A stretch of DNA of 64,000 nt from Candidatus Cloacimonadota bacterium (GCA_963667255.1 OY762940.1:73421-137420); one strand, 5' to 3'; counted from the first letter of the stretch, positions 19,398 through 30,537 are shown. The notes: a model not told the origin generated them from the letters alone. A program made the numbers and translations.

Positions 19398-21164
19398 CTA
19401 AAAACTCAACTCATCCTTAACCTTCTTCGCCACCGCTTCGCCCACGCCCTTAACCCGCTGAAGCTCGTCCACACTTGCTTCTCGCACACCCTGCACAGAG
19501 CCAAACTCTCGTAACAAATTATATTTGGTCTGCTCTCCCACCACCTTGTCCAGTTCACTCGTCAATGTTCGCATCGACCGCCTCTTGCGATGATAAGTGA
19601 TGGCAAATCTATGAGCCTCATCCCGCAGGTGAACTATCATCTTGAGAGCAAGCGACTTGCGAGGTAACAAAATCGATTCCGATTGACTGGGTAAAAAAAC
19701 CTCTTCTAACCGCTTCGCCAGAGAAACTATCGGAATATCCACGCTCATCTCTTCCAAGACTTCCACAGAAGACGAAAGTTGCCCTTTTCCACCATCAACC
19801 ACTATCAAATCGGGCTTTTCGTATTGGTCTAACTTCCCCAAATATCGTCGCAAAGTCTCCTGCATACTGGCAAAATCGTCTTGCCCCACGACCTCTTCCA
19901 TCTTGAAATGCATATAATTCTTTTTCTTCGGCTTGCCGTTCTCAAAGAAGACCAAAGAAGACACCGTGTCACTTCCCTGAATGGTGGAAATATCGATGCA
20001 AATAATTTTCGTGGGCAACACAGACAAATTCAGAGCCTGCTTCAACTCCAGCACCGGAGCAGCAGTCCGCACCGACCGCCGAAGATATTTGAGCCTCTCC
20101 TGCTCCACAACATCAAAAGCGTTCTGACGAGCCATCCACAGCAACTTCGAGAGATTTCCCCTCTGAGGCACAAAGAGATTCAACCTCTCCTGCAAATCCG
20201 CATCCAGCTCTTCGCTCAAATCCAACTCCACCAAAATCTGCGACGGCAACTCGTCCAATCGCGGTAAATAATACTGCTTGAGAAAAGCAACCATCACTTC
20301 CGACATCTCCTTGCCGCTAATGTTTTTCAGAGGATAGCTCTCCTTGCTAATCAATCTGCCCTCTATCAACTTCAGCACGGCGATAGCACCCAAATCCTCC
20401 TCCAAATAGCCGACAACCACATCTCGCCTCTTGCTATCCTCGAAGTAAACCGTCTGCTTTTGCGACAATTTCTGCAAACTCTCCAACTGCTCTTTGTAGC
20501 CGGCAGCTTTTTTGTAATCCATTCGCTGTGCCGCCACTTCCATCCGCTCCTGCAACTCGCCTGTGAGCTGTTTATTCTGCCCCGACAAAAATTTCTTCAC
20601 CTGCTCTATCAGCTGAAAATACTCCTGCCGACCAACCTCATCAGCCTCGCACACTCCCGAGCATTTACCGATTTGGTAATTCAGACACCGCTTCTTTCCT
20701 ATGGTATTGCACTTTCGGAACTGGAAAATCTCTTCCGCCAAATTCTTGACCCGATGCATCGCACTGCCATCTGTAAAAGGTCCAAAATAATCGCCCTTAT
20801 CGTGAATTTTCTCGCGAGTAACCACCAACTTGGGAAACTGCTCAGCGGTGATTTTCAGAAAAGGATACCGCTTGTCATCCTTGAGCAAAACATTATACTT
20901 CGGCTTGTGCTTCTTTATCAGCGTGTCTTCGAGTATCAGAGCCTCGTGAGCGTTGGAAACCATGATGTAATCCAAATCGTCAACATTCTCCACCAACTTC
21001 CGCGTTTTCAGGTCGTCCTTCACACCGGCAAAGTAACTGCGAACACGGCTCCTCAAGCTGGTCGCCTTGCCCACATAGATAATCTTCCCAGCCTTGTTCT
21101 TCATCAGATATACACCAGCTTGGTCAGGCAAAATCGACAATTTGTGCTTCAATCTATCGTTCAC
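19398..21164 (-). CDS. uvrC: Excinuclease ABC subunit C
   Basis: 588 aa. N-terminal GIY-YIG (GVYLMKNKAGKIIYVGKA). UvrBC-interaction and C-terminal RNase H-like/HhH regions. Confidence 0.9.
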   Translation of the reverse strand: MNDRLKHKLSILPDQAGVYLMKNKAGKIIYVGKATSLRSRVRSYFAGVKDDLKTRKLVENVDDLDYIMVSNAHEALILEDTLIKKHKPKYNVLLKDDKRYPFLKITAEQFPKLVVTREKIHDKGDYFGPFTDGSAMHRVKNLAEEIFQFRKCNTIGKKRCLNYQIGKCSGVCEADEVGRQEYFQLIEQVKKFLSGQNKQLTGELQERMEVAAQRMDYKKAAGYKEQLESLQKLSQKQTVYFEDSKRRDVVVGYLEEDLGAIAVLKLIEGRLISKESYPLKNISGKEMSEVMVAFLKQYYLPRLDELPSQILVELDLSEELDADLQERLNLFVPQRGNLSKLLWMARQNAFDVVEQERLKYLRRSVRTAAPVLELKQALNLSVLPTKIICIDISTIQGSDTVSSLVFFENGKPKKKNYMHFKMEEVVGQDDFASMQETLRRYLGKLDQYEKPDLIVVDGGKGQLSSSVEVLEEMSVDIPIVSLAKRLEEVFLPSQSESILLPRKSLALKMIVHLRDEAHRFAITYHRKRRSMRTLTSELDKVVGEQTKYNLLREFGSVQGVREASVDELQRVKGVGEAVAKKVKDELSF

Positions 21165-21178
21165 AGCAACCTACGAAA

Positions 21179-22717
21179 TCAACTTTTGACTCTTTTTTGA
21201 ATAAATCTCAAAAACTGCTCCACTCTCAATAGGTAAGCCAACAACAAGAACAGCAAAGCTCCACCTACGCCAAGCAAAACAAATTTTAGTAAAAGATACC
21301 AAAATCCCACGGTGACAGCAAGATAATTGTTCAAAAAATTTATCAACGCCCAAGTGGCAACTCCGGATAGCAAAATTTTCAACAACTCTAAATTGGGGAA
21401 ACTCAAGAACTCAAATCTGCGTCTCACCCACCAAAATAGAATCACGCCTTGCAAAATCGCCGAGCACATCGAAGCCATCGCCAATCCCATCGCACCGAAA
21501 TATTGCATAAACCAAACATTCAGCCCCACATTAGCCAGCAAGGCAACCACCATCACCTTCACGGGAGATTTAGTGTCGCCATGTGCGTAGAACAAACTTG
21601 TCAAAACATGATTGAAACAGAAAAAGAACAAAGCCAACGCATAGAAAACAAAAGGAGAATAAGTCATCCCCACGGCTGTGTCGTCAAACGCACCTCTGGC
21701 AAAAAGAATGGTGATATATTCTCTGCCCAAGCTGACCATCAGAGCGGTAATCGGTATCATCAGAAATCCTGACAAAACCAAAACATTGGAAAAAGTTTTT
21801 TGCAATTCAGCGTTATCTCTCTTGGCTACCAACTTGGAAAAGACGGGCAAACTCGCTGACCAAATCGGCACTCCCAACACTCCTAAAGCCAATTGCATCA
21901 ACCTATATGAATAGCTCAAACTGGATGCACTGCCGACCACCAAAAATGATGCCAAAAACAAATCAACATAGACATTAATCTGCCGAACTCCCATTCCCAT
22001 TAGCCCCGGCAAAAATCTTCGCCAAACCTTGTCCAAATTTTTGGTTTCCCAAACAAGACGAAACCGATAGCCGACTTTCCGCATAAACGGGAAATTGACC
22101 AATAGTTGCAAAACTCCGCCAACAATTATTCCCCAAGAATATGCGGTTACTTTCTCTATGGAGTCGCCACCTATCCAGTAAACAAATCCGACAATTACAA
22201 CTATCGTTCCCAAATTGAAAAAAGCCGCAGAGAATGCAGGCCAGAAGAAATAGTCGTGGTAATTCAATATCGCTATCAACATAGAAGCCACACCAATCAA
22301 AAACAGATAGGGCATCAAAATTTTGGTCAATTTGACAGTGAGCAAAACGGTATTTTCTTCCAAACCCGGAGCGATAATCTTTACCAAAAAAGGAGCAAAA
22401 ACAATCCCCAAAAAAGAAAATATCAAAAGCAATAAAGACAAAAAAGTCAGCAACGACAAGCCAAATCTAATCTGAACTCGTTTTCCCCCAGCTTGCTCCA
22501 CCTCGCCATACAGCGGGATAAAAGCCGCAGCCAACGCTCCCTCTCCAAAGAGAAGTCGCAGAAAGTTGGGAATGCGATAGGCGTAATTGAAAGCGTCCGC
22601 CAAGTAACTGACTCCGAAAAAAGCGGTGAAAATAATGTCTCGCACCAAGCCCAAAACTCTGGAAATCATCACAGCCACGGACATTGAGCCTACTTTTCGT
22701 AAAATTTTGCCACTCAT
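21179..22717 (-). CDS. murJ: Lipid II flippase MurJ (MviN)
   Basis: 512 aa polytopic membrane protein. N-terminal motif typical of MurJ/MOP superfamily (SRVLGLVRDIIFTAFFG). Confidence 0.85.
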   Translation of the reverse strand: MSGKILRKVGSMSVAVMISRVLGLVRDIIFTAFFGVSYLADAFNYAYRIPNFLRLLFGEGALAAAFIPLYGEVEQAGGKRVQIRFGLSLLTFLSLLLLIFSFLGIVFAPFLVKIIAPGLEENTVLLTVKLTKILMPYLFLIGVASMLIAILNYHDYFFWPAFSAAFFNLGTIVVIVGFVYWIGGDSIEKVTAYSWGIIVGGVLQLLVNFPFMRKVGYRFRLVWETKNLDKVWRRFLPGLMGMGVRQINVYVDLFLASFLVVGSASSLSYSYRLMQLALGVLGVPIWSASLPVFSKLVAKRDNAELQKTFSNVLVLSGFLMIPITALMVSLGREYITILFARGAFDDTAVGMTYSPFVFYALALFFFCFNHVLTSLFYAHGDTKSPVKVMVVALLANVGLNVWFMQYFGAMGLAMASMCSAILQGVILFWWVRRRFEFLSFPNLELLKILLSGVATWALINFLNNYLAVTVGFWYLLLKFVLLGVGGALLFLLLAYLLRVEQFLRFIQKRVKS

Positions 22718-22722
22718 CTCAA

Positions 22723-24219
22723 TCAGTAAATTAATTTCTCTCCAGGATGCAAAACATAAGTTTGTTCCAAACGGTTAATGTTTATCAAATAGTTCGGAGA
22801 GACATTCAACTTTTTAGCAACATCTTTTAAACTATCGCCCTTACGCACTTTATAAAATTTTTTCTCCCCATACACATAGTCACCCTTGATATGCCTGCCG
22901 TTGATAGTCAAAATTTGTCCGGGGAAAATTCTATTGCTCTTTAATTTGTTGTCCTTACGAATTACATTGGTATAAGTCTTAAACTTCTTGGCAATTTTTA
23001 CCAAATCATCGCCCTTTTCCACGCGATAATAGATATTAATCTTGTCATTTTTTTTAGCAAGCTCGGCTTCCACTTCCTTTAGCAAACTAAAATTCGGCTT
23101 GGCACTTCTCGGTATCCAAAACTCATACTCGCCAAATGGCAAAATAATGTTATTCACTTTTGCATAGCGACTTCTCTGTCGTTTATATATCTTAATCCAA
23201 AAATTGTTTTCCCAAACAGTGCTGATATTTGTCCCTTGAGCCACAGCCCATTTGTCCAGATTATGATACCCTCGCAAAGTCAATTTTATCCGCTTAAATT
23301 GCTCATCAATCGGCGGTTCTCGTTTCAAAAGCTCACCAAAAATATCTTTTTCATACTCAAAAATAATTTTGATAGCCACAGCACGCCACACATAACGATT
23401 AGTCTCCTCAGCCTGCATTATCAGTTCGGAAAAAGATTTTCCACCCTGCTGTTTTATCGCATTGTTAATGCTTCGCAAACCGGCATTGTAAGCACACATC
23501 GCTAGTAGCCAACTATCCGCTCCTTTTTTGGCAAAATAGCTTTTGTTGAATTTCAAGAGGTTAATCGCCGCTCTGGTGGATTTGTATAAGTCTCGGCGTT
23601 CATCCACAAAATTATCTATCCTGAGGTTATACTCTTTTGCCGTAGAGGGCATAAACTGCCAAATCCCCTCAGCTCCAGCCCAAGAACGAGCCATTGGGTT
23701 TAGAGCACTCTCCGCCACAGCCAAATATTTCAAATCAAAAGGAACATTCTCTTCGGCAAAAATCCTCTCAAACAGTGGGAAATAAACACCACTTCTGGAG
23801 ATATAAGTTCGGGCATTTTTCAGTTCCTGCTGAAAGATTTTTTCAAACCTCTCTTTGATTTTGGGAGAAGAGATGTCGATTCGTTCCCCAGCGAACATCA
23901 CGACTTTGGGGAGAATAAAGTCCTTATTTCCAATGACTTCGCTCATCTGACGGCTCAAAGCCTCTTTTTCTAAATAGACACTATTGAGAGTAGCAATATA
24001 CTCATCTATGACATTGTTCAATTCGGAAATTTCGGATTCTTGTTCTTCTATCAACTCTCGCAAAATTTTCAGAGAATCTCTTAAAGAATAGAGATACCTT
24101 TCATCAGTAAGTGATAAATCCGAAGAATCGGACACACGCCCTTGCACATTTGCATTTTGTTTGCACGCAGACACCAAGAATAAGAAAAAACAAAAAACAA
24201 CAAGAAACTCTTTTTTCAT
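22723..24219 (-). CDS. Membrane-bound lytic murein transglycosylase (MltD-like): SLT domain plus two C-terminal LysM domains
   Basis: 498 aa. Signal/lipobox (LVSACKQ). SLT catalytic region (ESALNPMARSWAGAEGIWQFMPSTA). LysM repeats (YRVEKGDDLVKIAKKF, YKVRKGDSLKDVAKKL). Confidence 0.8.
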   Translation of the reverse strand: MKKEFLVVFCFFLFLVSACKQNANVQGRVSDSSDLSLTDERYLYSLRDSLKILRELIEEQESEISELNNVIDEYIATLNSVYLEKEALSRQMSEVIGNKDFILPKVVMFAGERIDISSPKIKERFEKIFQQELKNARTYISRSGVYFPLFERIFAEENVPFDLKYLAVAESALNPMARSWAGAEGIWQFMPSTAKEYNLRIDNFVDERRDLYKSTRAAINLLKFNKSYFAKKGADSWLLAMCAYNAGLRSINNAIKQQGGKSFSELIMQAEETNRYVWRAVAIKIIFEYEKDIFGELLKREPPIDEQFKRIKLTLRGYHNLDKWAVAQGTNISTVWENNFWIKIYKRQRSRYAKVNNIILPFGEYEFWIPRSAKPNFSLLKEVEAELAKKNDKINIYYRVEKGDDLVKIAKKFKTYTNVIRKDNKLKSNRIFPGQILTINGRHIKGDYVYGEKKFYKVRKGDSLKDVAKKLNVSPNYLININRLEQTYVLHPGEKLIY

Positions 24220-24234
24220 CGAAACGACTGTTTA

Positions 24235-25785
24235 CTAACTTCTTACTCTTAGAAGTTGACCAACCTGAATTTTGTCAGATTGCAAGCCGTTAAGGCGTTT
24301 CAAAGTGGAAACATAAGTCCTGAATTTTTTCGCAATCTTCAACAACGAATCTCCTGATTGAACTCGATAATAGTTGCCTTTTGTTGCCACATAGCGTTGT
24401 CCCACTTGGATTTTCAGCTTTTGCCCAATTCTAATCATCGTTCCGCTTATGTTGTTGATAGCCTTGATAGCAGCAACACTTGTCCTGTATTTAGAGGCAA
24501 TAGAACCCAAATTATCGCCTTTTTGCACTCTGTATGTAATCAGCATATTTCCTTTGGACAACAATTTCTTCTCCGCAGCAGCAACCAACGCCATATTAGG
24601 CTGAGCACTCTTTTCCACCAAAATTGTATAATCCCCGGGAGGCAAAATAACATTATTAACCTTAGAATACCTGCTACGACGCATCTTATACATCTTTATC
24701 CAATAGTTATCAAGCCAAATATCGCGAATATTCGTCCCCTGTGCAATAGCCCACTCGTTGAGCGTGTGGTAACCCTTCAGATGCACTTCGACCATTTTCA
24801 TTTTATCAAAAATAGACTCCTGAAGTTCAAATTTTTTCCCGAAGAGGTCTTCTTGATTTTCAAAAATCAGCTTAATGGCAATGGCTCGCCAAACATATTG
24901 GTTGGTTTCGTCGTTCTTCATTATCAGCTCTTCAAAATCTGTGGAACCTTGCCTTTTGATATCTTTTATAACATTCCCCACACCCGCATTGTAACTGCAA
25001 GCCGTCAAAAGCCAATCGTTGCAATCGTATTTTTGGAGAAGTTTGTAACTCTGGAGCAAATAATCGGCAGCTGCATTGGTCGAAAGAAAAATGTCCCTTC
25101 GTTGGTCAACATAAGAGTTTATTTGCAATTTATACATTCTTCCTGTGGCAGGCATAAACTGCCAAATACCGTCAGCTCCAGCCCAAGAGTGAGCAATGGG
25201 ATTTAGACAGCTCTCCGCTACCGCAAGATATTTGATGTCCTCAGGAACTCCCTTCTCGCGAAAAACCTGCTCAAACAAAGGAAAATAGTAACCGCTTCTC
25301 GGAATATATTTGTGAGCGAATTTCAGTTCGTTATTGAAAATCTTTTGAAATTTGTCCCTAATCCTCGGACGAGAAATATCTATCCAATCTCCGGCAAACT
25401 TGACACGATCCGGCAAACTGAAACCAGTATTTATCTGGGCAATGCTGAGAGCTAATTCCAATTGCTCCTGCACCTTATCATTCTTCCCGAGAGACTCTTC
25501 CAACTGTTTGGACAAAGCGTCAATCTCATCATTGAGCATCTCTATCGTCCTGTCCTTTTCCACTAATTCCTTGTCCTTTTCATCCAAAACCACAGAAATC
25601 TCTCTAATCGGCTCAAAATTTACATTCGTCGTTGCAAGAACCTCCTCAATCTCTTGAAAATACTCTTTGCTCAGAGGTTGCTCCACCTGTTGAACAGCAC
25701 ATCCGAAAAGGGAAATAATGCCCAAAATTACTAAAAAACTTCTCTTAAAAAACGCCATATCCAAAAAAATCCTCCACAATTTCAT
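24235..25785 (-). CDS. Second MltD-like lytic transglycosylase with two LysM domains (tandem paralog)
   Basis: 516 aa. Same architecture as the adjacent gene (ESCLNPIAHSWAGADGIWQFMPATG; LysM: YRVQKGDNLGSIASKY, YRVQSGDSLLKIAKKF). Confidence 0.8.
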   Translation of the reverse strand: MKLWRIFLDMAFFKRSFLVILGIISLFGCAVQQVEQPLSKEYFQEIEEVLATTNVNFEPIREISVVLDEKDKELVEKDRTIEMLNDEIDALSKQLEESLGKNDKVQEQLELALSIAQINTGFSLPDRVKFAGDWIDISRPRIRDKFQKIFNNELKFAHKYIPRSGYYFPLFEQVFREKGVPEDIKYLAVAESCLNPIAHSWAGADGIWQFMPATGRMYKLQINSYVDQRRDIFLSTNAAADYLLQSYKLLQKYDCNDWLLTACSYNAGVGNVIKDIKRQGSTDFEELIMKNDETNQYVWRAIAIKLIFENQEDLFGKKFELQESIFDKMKMVEVHLKGYHTLNEWAIAQGTNIRDIWLDNYWIKMYKMRRSRYSKVNNVILPPGDYTILVEKSAQPNMALVAAAEKKLLSKGNMLITYRVQKGDNLGSIASKYRTSVAAIKAINNISGTMIRIGQKLKIQVGQRYVATKGNYYRVQSGDSLLKIAKKFRTYVSTLKRLNGLQSDKIQVGQLLRVRS

Positions 25786-26703
25786 CTATATAAACCTCAA
25801 ATCCACAGGAGCAAGCAATCTCCCATTCTCCACAAACTCTTGCCAAACTTCCAAAGTCTCTTCACTCATCCTGTCCTTAGCACCGGCAGTATATGCCCCC
25901 GTATGAGGAGTAAGATAAACATTGGTGTATCGCTGCAAAATCTCCGCCTTAGTCGGCTCTATCGAGAAAACATCCAAAGCCACACCTCTTATTTTTCCGC
26001 TATCAAGCCCACAAACCACAGCATCCTCATTCACTACACTCCCTCTTGCCACATTCAACAAAAAAAGAGGATTTTTTATCAACTCCAAACTGCCAAAATC
26101 AAAATAGTGATAAGTCTCGGAATATAGCGGACAATGAAAACTCACCATATTGCACCACAACAAACCTTCCTCATAAGAACACATCGCAAATTTTTTAGCC
26201 GATTTCCCCTCTACAAAAGGGTCAACACATTTTACCTTGGCACCTATATTCAGCAAAAAGTTCGCAACCCTGCTTCCAACTCGACCAACTCCAACAACCA
26301 GCACTCTAAGGTCAGAAAATTCCAAATTTTCAGTCAACCTATTTTTCCAACTTCCGCTCATAATTGCGTTTCGCCCAGGCTGATGACCCTTGATTAATGC
26401 CATCATCAAAGAAATCGTATGCTCAAAAGCGGAAAAAGAATTAGCCTCGGGAGTGTTGCACACAGCCACATCTCGCAGTAGAGCCTCTTGCACATCGATA
26501 TTGTCGAAGCCACTGCCGGCACGGATTATCAGCTTGAGTTTGGGAAACTCGTCCAGCAACTTTTTATCGAATTGAACACTCGTTCGGATGATTGCTATTT
26601 GACTTTCGGGATTAACTTTTTCCACAAAAGAGGAAGACAGTTTTTTCGTCTCAACCAACTGCCAAAATTTATCCGGCATCTTTTCCAATACAGAAGTCAG
26701 CAT
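25786..26703 (-). CDS. D-isomer-specific 2-hydroxyacid dehydrogenase family protein
   Basis: 305 aa. NAD-binding GVGRVG. Catalytic-domain motifs of the D-2-hydroxyacid dehydrogenase (SerA/PdxB-like) family. Confidence 0.8.
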   Translation of the reverse strand: MLTSVLEKMPDKFWQLVETKKLSSSFVEKVNPESQIAIIRTSVQFDKKLLDEFPKLKLIIRAGSGFDNIDVQEALLRDVAVCNTPEANSFSAFEHTISLMMALIKGHQPGRNAIMSGSWKNRLTENLEFSDLRVLVVGVGRVGSRVANFLLNIGAKVKCVDPFVEGKSAKKFAMCSYEEGLLWCNMVSFHCPLYSETYHYFDFGSLELIKNPLFLLNVARGSVVNEDAVVCGLDSGKIRGVALDVFSIEPTKAEILQRYTNVYLTPHTGAYTAGAKDRMSEETLEVWQEFVENGRLLAPVDLRFI

Positions 26704-26709
26704 AACCTA

Positions 26710-28143
26710 TTACAGTCTAAAAAAATTCTCAATAATTCTACTCGGGGTAATCGCAGGTGTCGCAAATTTCGTAGCCAACTTCTCCGCAGTATCGCCCACA
26801 AGGTGAGCAGCACCCAAACAAGCGGAGTCCAAATCAAGCCCTTGAGCCGCAAACGAAGCTATCGCCCCTGCCAAAACATCGCCACTGCCACCAGTCGCAA
26901 GCCCATCGTTCCCTTTGTTGATAAACCAAATCTTTGCCCCAGAGCAAAACAGAGAAACATGAGATTTCAACAAAACTTTGCACCCGAACTCCGCCACAAA
27001 ATTTTTGAGCAAACCAATTGGATTTTGCAAAACTTCTTGCGAGGTCTTCCCGCACAATCTGGCAAACTCTCCTATGTGCGGCGTGAGAACAGCACCTTTT
27101 ACTTTTTTCAAAAGCTCTCTATTCTCTGCCAAAGTATTCAGTCCGTCAGCATCAATTATCAATTTACCGTCAAAATTGTCCAAAATAAATTCCACAACTT
27201 CCACATTTTGTGTGCCAAGACCGGGACCAATCAAAACAGCATCAGCGGTTTTAGCTCTATCCAAAAAATCAAAATTTCTGGTCATCACCTCGGTCAACGA
27301 CATCTCAAAAATCTCTTCCATACCTTTCGGATGATAGAGCGTAATCAACCCCGCACCACTGTGCAGAGCCGACCGAGAACACAAAACAGCAGCACCACTG
27401 TAACCGGCAGAACCCGCCACAATAGCGAGATTGCCATAAGTTCCCTTGTGAGCCACAGGGCTTCTAACAGGCAAAATTTGCTCATCCAAATATGCGAACT
27501 TATCTGAAGAATCTGACAATTCACTATCGGGAATCCCAATAGGCACAACCATCAACTCTCCGCAAACCTCTTTCCCCCTCCCCAAAAAATGTCCGGGCTT
27601 AGCCGCTGCCATAGTCAAAGTCAAATCGGCATGCACACAGCACTCACTCAATCCGTTATCAGCACCCAGTCCGCTGGGAATGTCGATGGAAACTATTTTG
27701 GCAAAAGAAAAATTGATTAGCTCAACCATCTCTTTCAATTCTCCCTCAAGAGTTCCCCGAAACCCAATCCCCAAAAGAGCATCAACTATCAAATCGAACC
27801 CAATAGAATAGTCGGAATTGTCTAAAATTTTCAAGCCCAACTTTTCGCAGGCTTTGTAATTTTCGGCAGTTTCAGAAGAAAATTTTTGTTTATCCCCAAC
27901 AACCAAAATTGAAACATCGTAACCATATTTGTAGAGCCAACGAGCAACGACAAAGCCGTCTCCACCATTGTTTCCCACACCACACACCACAAGCACGGTA
28001 ACGCCAAATTTTTTCTGATGAATAATATCGGCACATCCTTTGCCGGCATTCTCCATCAAAACTCGAGACGGCAAAAAATACTCGCTCATAGTCAAACTAT
28101 CCAACCGCCTCATCTCGTCTTTGCTTACAATATACATCTGCAA
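26710..28143 (-). CDS. nnr: Bifunctional NAD(P)H-hydrate repair enzyme Nnr (epimerase N-domain plus ADP-dependent dehydratase C-domain)
   Basis: 477 aa. YjeF-N-like N-terminus (VLVVCGVGNNGGDGFVVARWL). Carbohydrate-kinase-like C-terminus (GPGLG, GGSGDVLAG). Confidence 0.85.
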   Translation of the reverse strand: MQMYIVSKDEMRRLDSLTMSEYFLPSRVLMENAGKGCADIIHQKKFGVTVLVVCGVGNNGGDGFVVARWLYKYGYDVSILVVGDKQKFSSETAENYKACEKLGLKILDNSDYSIGFDLIVDALLGIGFRGTLEGELKEMVELINFSFAKIVSIDIPSGLGADNGLSECCVHADLTLTMAAAKPGHFLGRGKEVCGELMVVPIGIPDSELSDSSDKFAYLDEQILPVRSPVAHKGTYGNLAIVAGSAGYSGAAVLCSRSALHSGAGLITLYHPKGMEEIFEMSLTEVMTRNFDFLDRAKTADAVLIGPGLGTQNVEVVEFILDNFDGKLIIDADGLNTLAENRELLKKVKGAVLTPHIGEFARLCGKTSQEVLQNPIGLLKNFVAEFGCKVLLKSHVSLFCSGAKIWFINKGNDGLATGGSGDVLAGAIASFAAQGLDLDSACLGAAHLVGDTAEKLATKFATPAITPSRIIENFFRL

Positions 28144-28146
28144 ACT

Positions 28147-28806
28147 CTACTTTGTTCCAAAAATTTTATCTCCGGCATCGCCCAATCCGGGCAAAATATA
28201 GCCGTTCTCGTTCAATTTTTCGTCCAAAGCGGCAACATAAATCTCAACATCGGGGTGAACTTTTTCCACTTTAGCGACACCTTCTGGAGCTGCCACCAAA
28301 AAAATCCCCTTGATGTGCTTACAACCTGTGGCTTTCAGAGCATCGATAGTGGCTATGAGCGTAGAACCGGTAGCCAACATTGGGTCTAAAATCAACGCAA
28401 CTCTCTCACTCATCGACTTCGCAAATTTCTCAAAATATTTTACGGCTTTCAGAGTTTTCTCATCTCTATAAAAACCGACCACGCTTATCTTGGCAGAAGG
28501 AATAATATCTATCACGCCATCCATCATCCCGATACCAGCACGAAGAATAGGCACAATGGTAATTTTCTTCCCCTTGATTTGTTGCACGGTAGTAGTCCCT
28601 GCCCAAGTTTTGATTACCTTGCTCTCCAACTCCAAATCGGCGGTAGCTTTATATGTAAGAAAGTGAGCTATTTCCGCAGAAAGCTCCCTGAACTCTTTTG
28701 TGGAAATATCTCTGTGCCTCAAAATCCCCAATTTGTGCTTGATAAGCGGATGTGTCTCTATGTGAACTAACATATCTAACCTCCTGTTATTCGTAGTAAT
28801 TGACAA
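28147..28806 (-). CDS. upp: Uracil phosphoribosyltransferase
   Basis: 219 aa. PRTase motif ([12 protein letters not shown]). Typical Upp length. Confidence 0.9.
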   Translation of the reverse strand: MSITTNNRRLDMLVHIETHPLIKHKLGILRHRDISTKEFRELSAEIAHFLTYKATADLELESKVIKTWAGTTTVQQIKGKKITIVPILRAGIGMMDGVIDIIPSAKISVVGFYRDEKTLKAVKYFEKFAKSMSERVALILDPMLATGSTLIATIDALKATGCKHIKGIFLVAAPEGVAKVEKVHPDVEIYVAALDEKLNENGYILPGLGDAGDKIFGTK

Positions 28807-28816
28807 ATCTTTCTTG

Positions 28817-29806
28817 TCAACTGTTTTTTAATACCCTTACCTCAAACTCTCCGTATCTCTTTTTTAGCTTGTTCAGCAAATAGTTCCCATATCCGTAAAT
28901 ATAAGAAGTTTTGCTTTGCTCTATCTCCAAAACAGACAGTTCGCCCTCGTATTTTTTCAAAACTTCTTCGTAAAATTTTTCTATTTTAACCAGTTCGCCA
29001 AACGACGGATGATAAGGACCGGCAACCACTTGACTTGCATCAAGTCCAACATCGGAATGTAAACCGATTTTGATTACACGGATTTCTCTGGCTTCCAACT
29101 CGGCACACCAGTAGCTGCACAAATCCAATGCAGTTTGCAAATCAGGAGGAGAATATTCCCCCTCGTAATAGTAATCGGCTAATTTCGTCGATGCCAAAAC
29201 AATCGTGGGATAAATCCGCACTTCTTCAGGTTGCAACTCCAAAGTTGTCTGCAAGGTCAAAGCCAAACTCTCGTCACTCCACCCGAGCAAAAACGGCATC
29301 AATTGCACAGTCACTGCAAATCCCGCTTCTTTCAAAATCAGAATGGCTGCGATTGCCTGCTCACGATTATAACCTCTGCAAGAGCTTTTCAGCACCTCAT
29401 CCGAAAAAGATTGGATGCCCAGTTCCACGGTAGCGACGCCATATTTTTTGAATAAATCCAAACTCTCTTGGCTCAAACAATCGGGACGAGTTGACAAGCG
29501 AATAGTATCGCAATCTGCCAATCTTGACCTGGCAATCCTCAAATATTGTTCCTGCTCAGCCAAAGGCAAAGCCGAAAATGTTCCCCCAAAAAAAGCCACC
29601 TCTTTTTGAGAATCTTCGTTATTCAGAACAAAATTCTCAATCAGTTGAGAAATTTGAGAAAAATCCAAAGGCTGATTTTGGGCAGTAATAGTCTGTTGCT
29701 GACAATATATGCAGCGAAACGGACAGCCCGAAAAAGGCAAAAAAATAGGAAGCCTAATAGCTCCCTTTAATTTTCGTCTTCGTTTTTCTTTTTCAGTTTT
29801 CGCCAT
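28817..29806 (-). CDS. Radical SAM domain protein (ELP3/HemN-like family)
   Basis: 329 aa. CxxxCxxC cluster CPFRCIYC near the N-terminus. Its 3' end overlaps the rnc start by 40 nt. Confidence 0.75.
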   Translation of the reverse strand: MAKTEKEKRRRKLKGAIRLPIFLPFSGCPFRCIYCQQQTITAQNQPLDFSQISQLIENFVLNNEDSQKEVAFFGGTFSALPLAEQEQYLRIARSRLADCDTIRLSTRPDCLSQESLDLFKKYGVATVELGIQSFSDEVLKSSCRGYNREQAIAAILILKEAGFAVTVQLMPFLLGWSDESLALTLQTTLELQPEEVRIYPTIVLASTKLADYYYEGEYSPPDLQTALDLCSYWCAELEAREIRVIKIGLHSDVGLDASQVVAGPYHPSFGELVKIEKFYEEVLKKYEGELSVLEIEQSKTSYIYGYGNYLLNKLKKRYGEFEVRVLKNS

Positions 29807-30537
29807 ACATCTTTGGCAGCTTTCTGTTGAGCCGCCTTTTTATTCACTCCGGAACCTTTGCCGATAAATTTATCATCAAAATAGACCTCAACAAAAAATC
29901 GCTTGTTGTGTTCCGGACCTTTTTCGTCCACAACCTTATATTCGGGCAACGCCCTAAACTTCCCTTGATAATACTCTTGAACCAAACTCTTGTAATTTTG
30001 CAAGTAGTCTCTGGTAACCTCTTTCTCAAAATTTTTCAGACATTTCTTGTTAACGAACTTTCTCGCTTCCTCTATTCCACCGTCCAAATAAATCGCACAG
30101 ACCAAAGATTCCACAGCATCGGAGAGGATAGATTCCCTCTCTCTGCCACCACTTTTGCTCTCATCATCAGACAAAAAAAGCGTGTCGCCAAGTTGAAGAC
30201 TCCTAGCAATATGAGCCAAATATTTCTCCGACTCCACTTTGGACTTCAGCTTCGACAAGTATCCCTCTTTCTTGGTTGGGTATTTATTAAATAGACACTC
30301 CGCCACCAAGAAACCCAAAATCGCATCGCCAAAAAACTCCATTCTCTCGAACGAGCCCAACTTGCTATCCGACTTTCGCACATAGGACAAATGCGTCATA
30401 GCCACCTTCAAATAGTTAATATCTTGAAAACAGTATCCTATCTTCTTCTGCAAAATTATCGCTTTTTCACCCCATTCGTCATCCAACTGGGGAAATTTGC
30501 CTTTACCCTTTCCAAAAAAACTGAGATTAAACTTCAC
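29767..30537 (-). CDS. rnc: Ribonuclease III
   Basis: 256 aa. RNase III signature ERMEFFGDAILG. C-terminal dsRBD. Sits downstream of fabF-acpP as in many bacteria. Confidence 0.85.
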   Translation of the reverse strand: MKFNLSFFGKGKGKFPQLDDEWGEKAIILQKKIGYCFQDINYLKVAMTHLSYVRKSDSKLGSFERMEFFGDAILGFLVAECLFNKYPTKKEGYLSKLKSKVESEKYLAHIARSLQLGDTLFLSDDESKSGGRERESILSDAVESLVCAIYLDGGIEEARKFVNKKCLKNFEKEVTRDYLQNYKSLVQEYYQGKFRALPEYKVVDEKGPEHNKRFFVEVYFDDKFIGKGSGVNKKAAQQKAAKDVWRKLKKKNEDEN

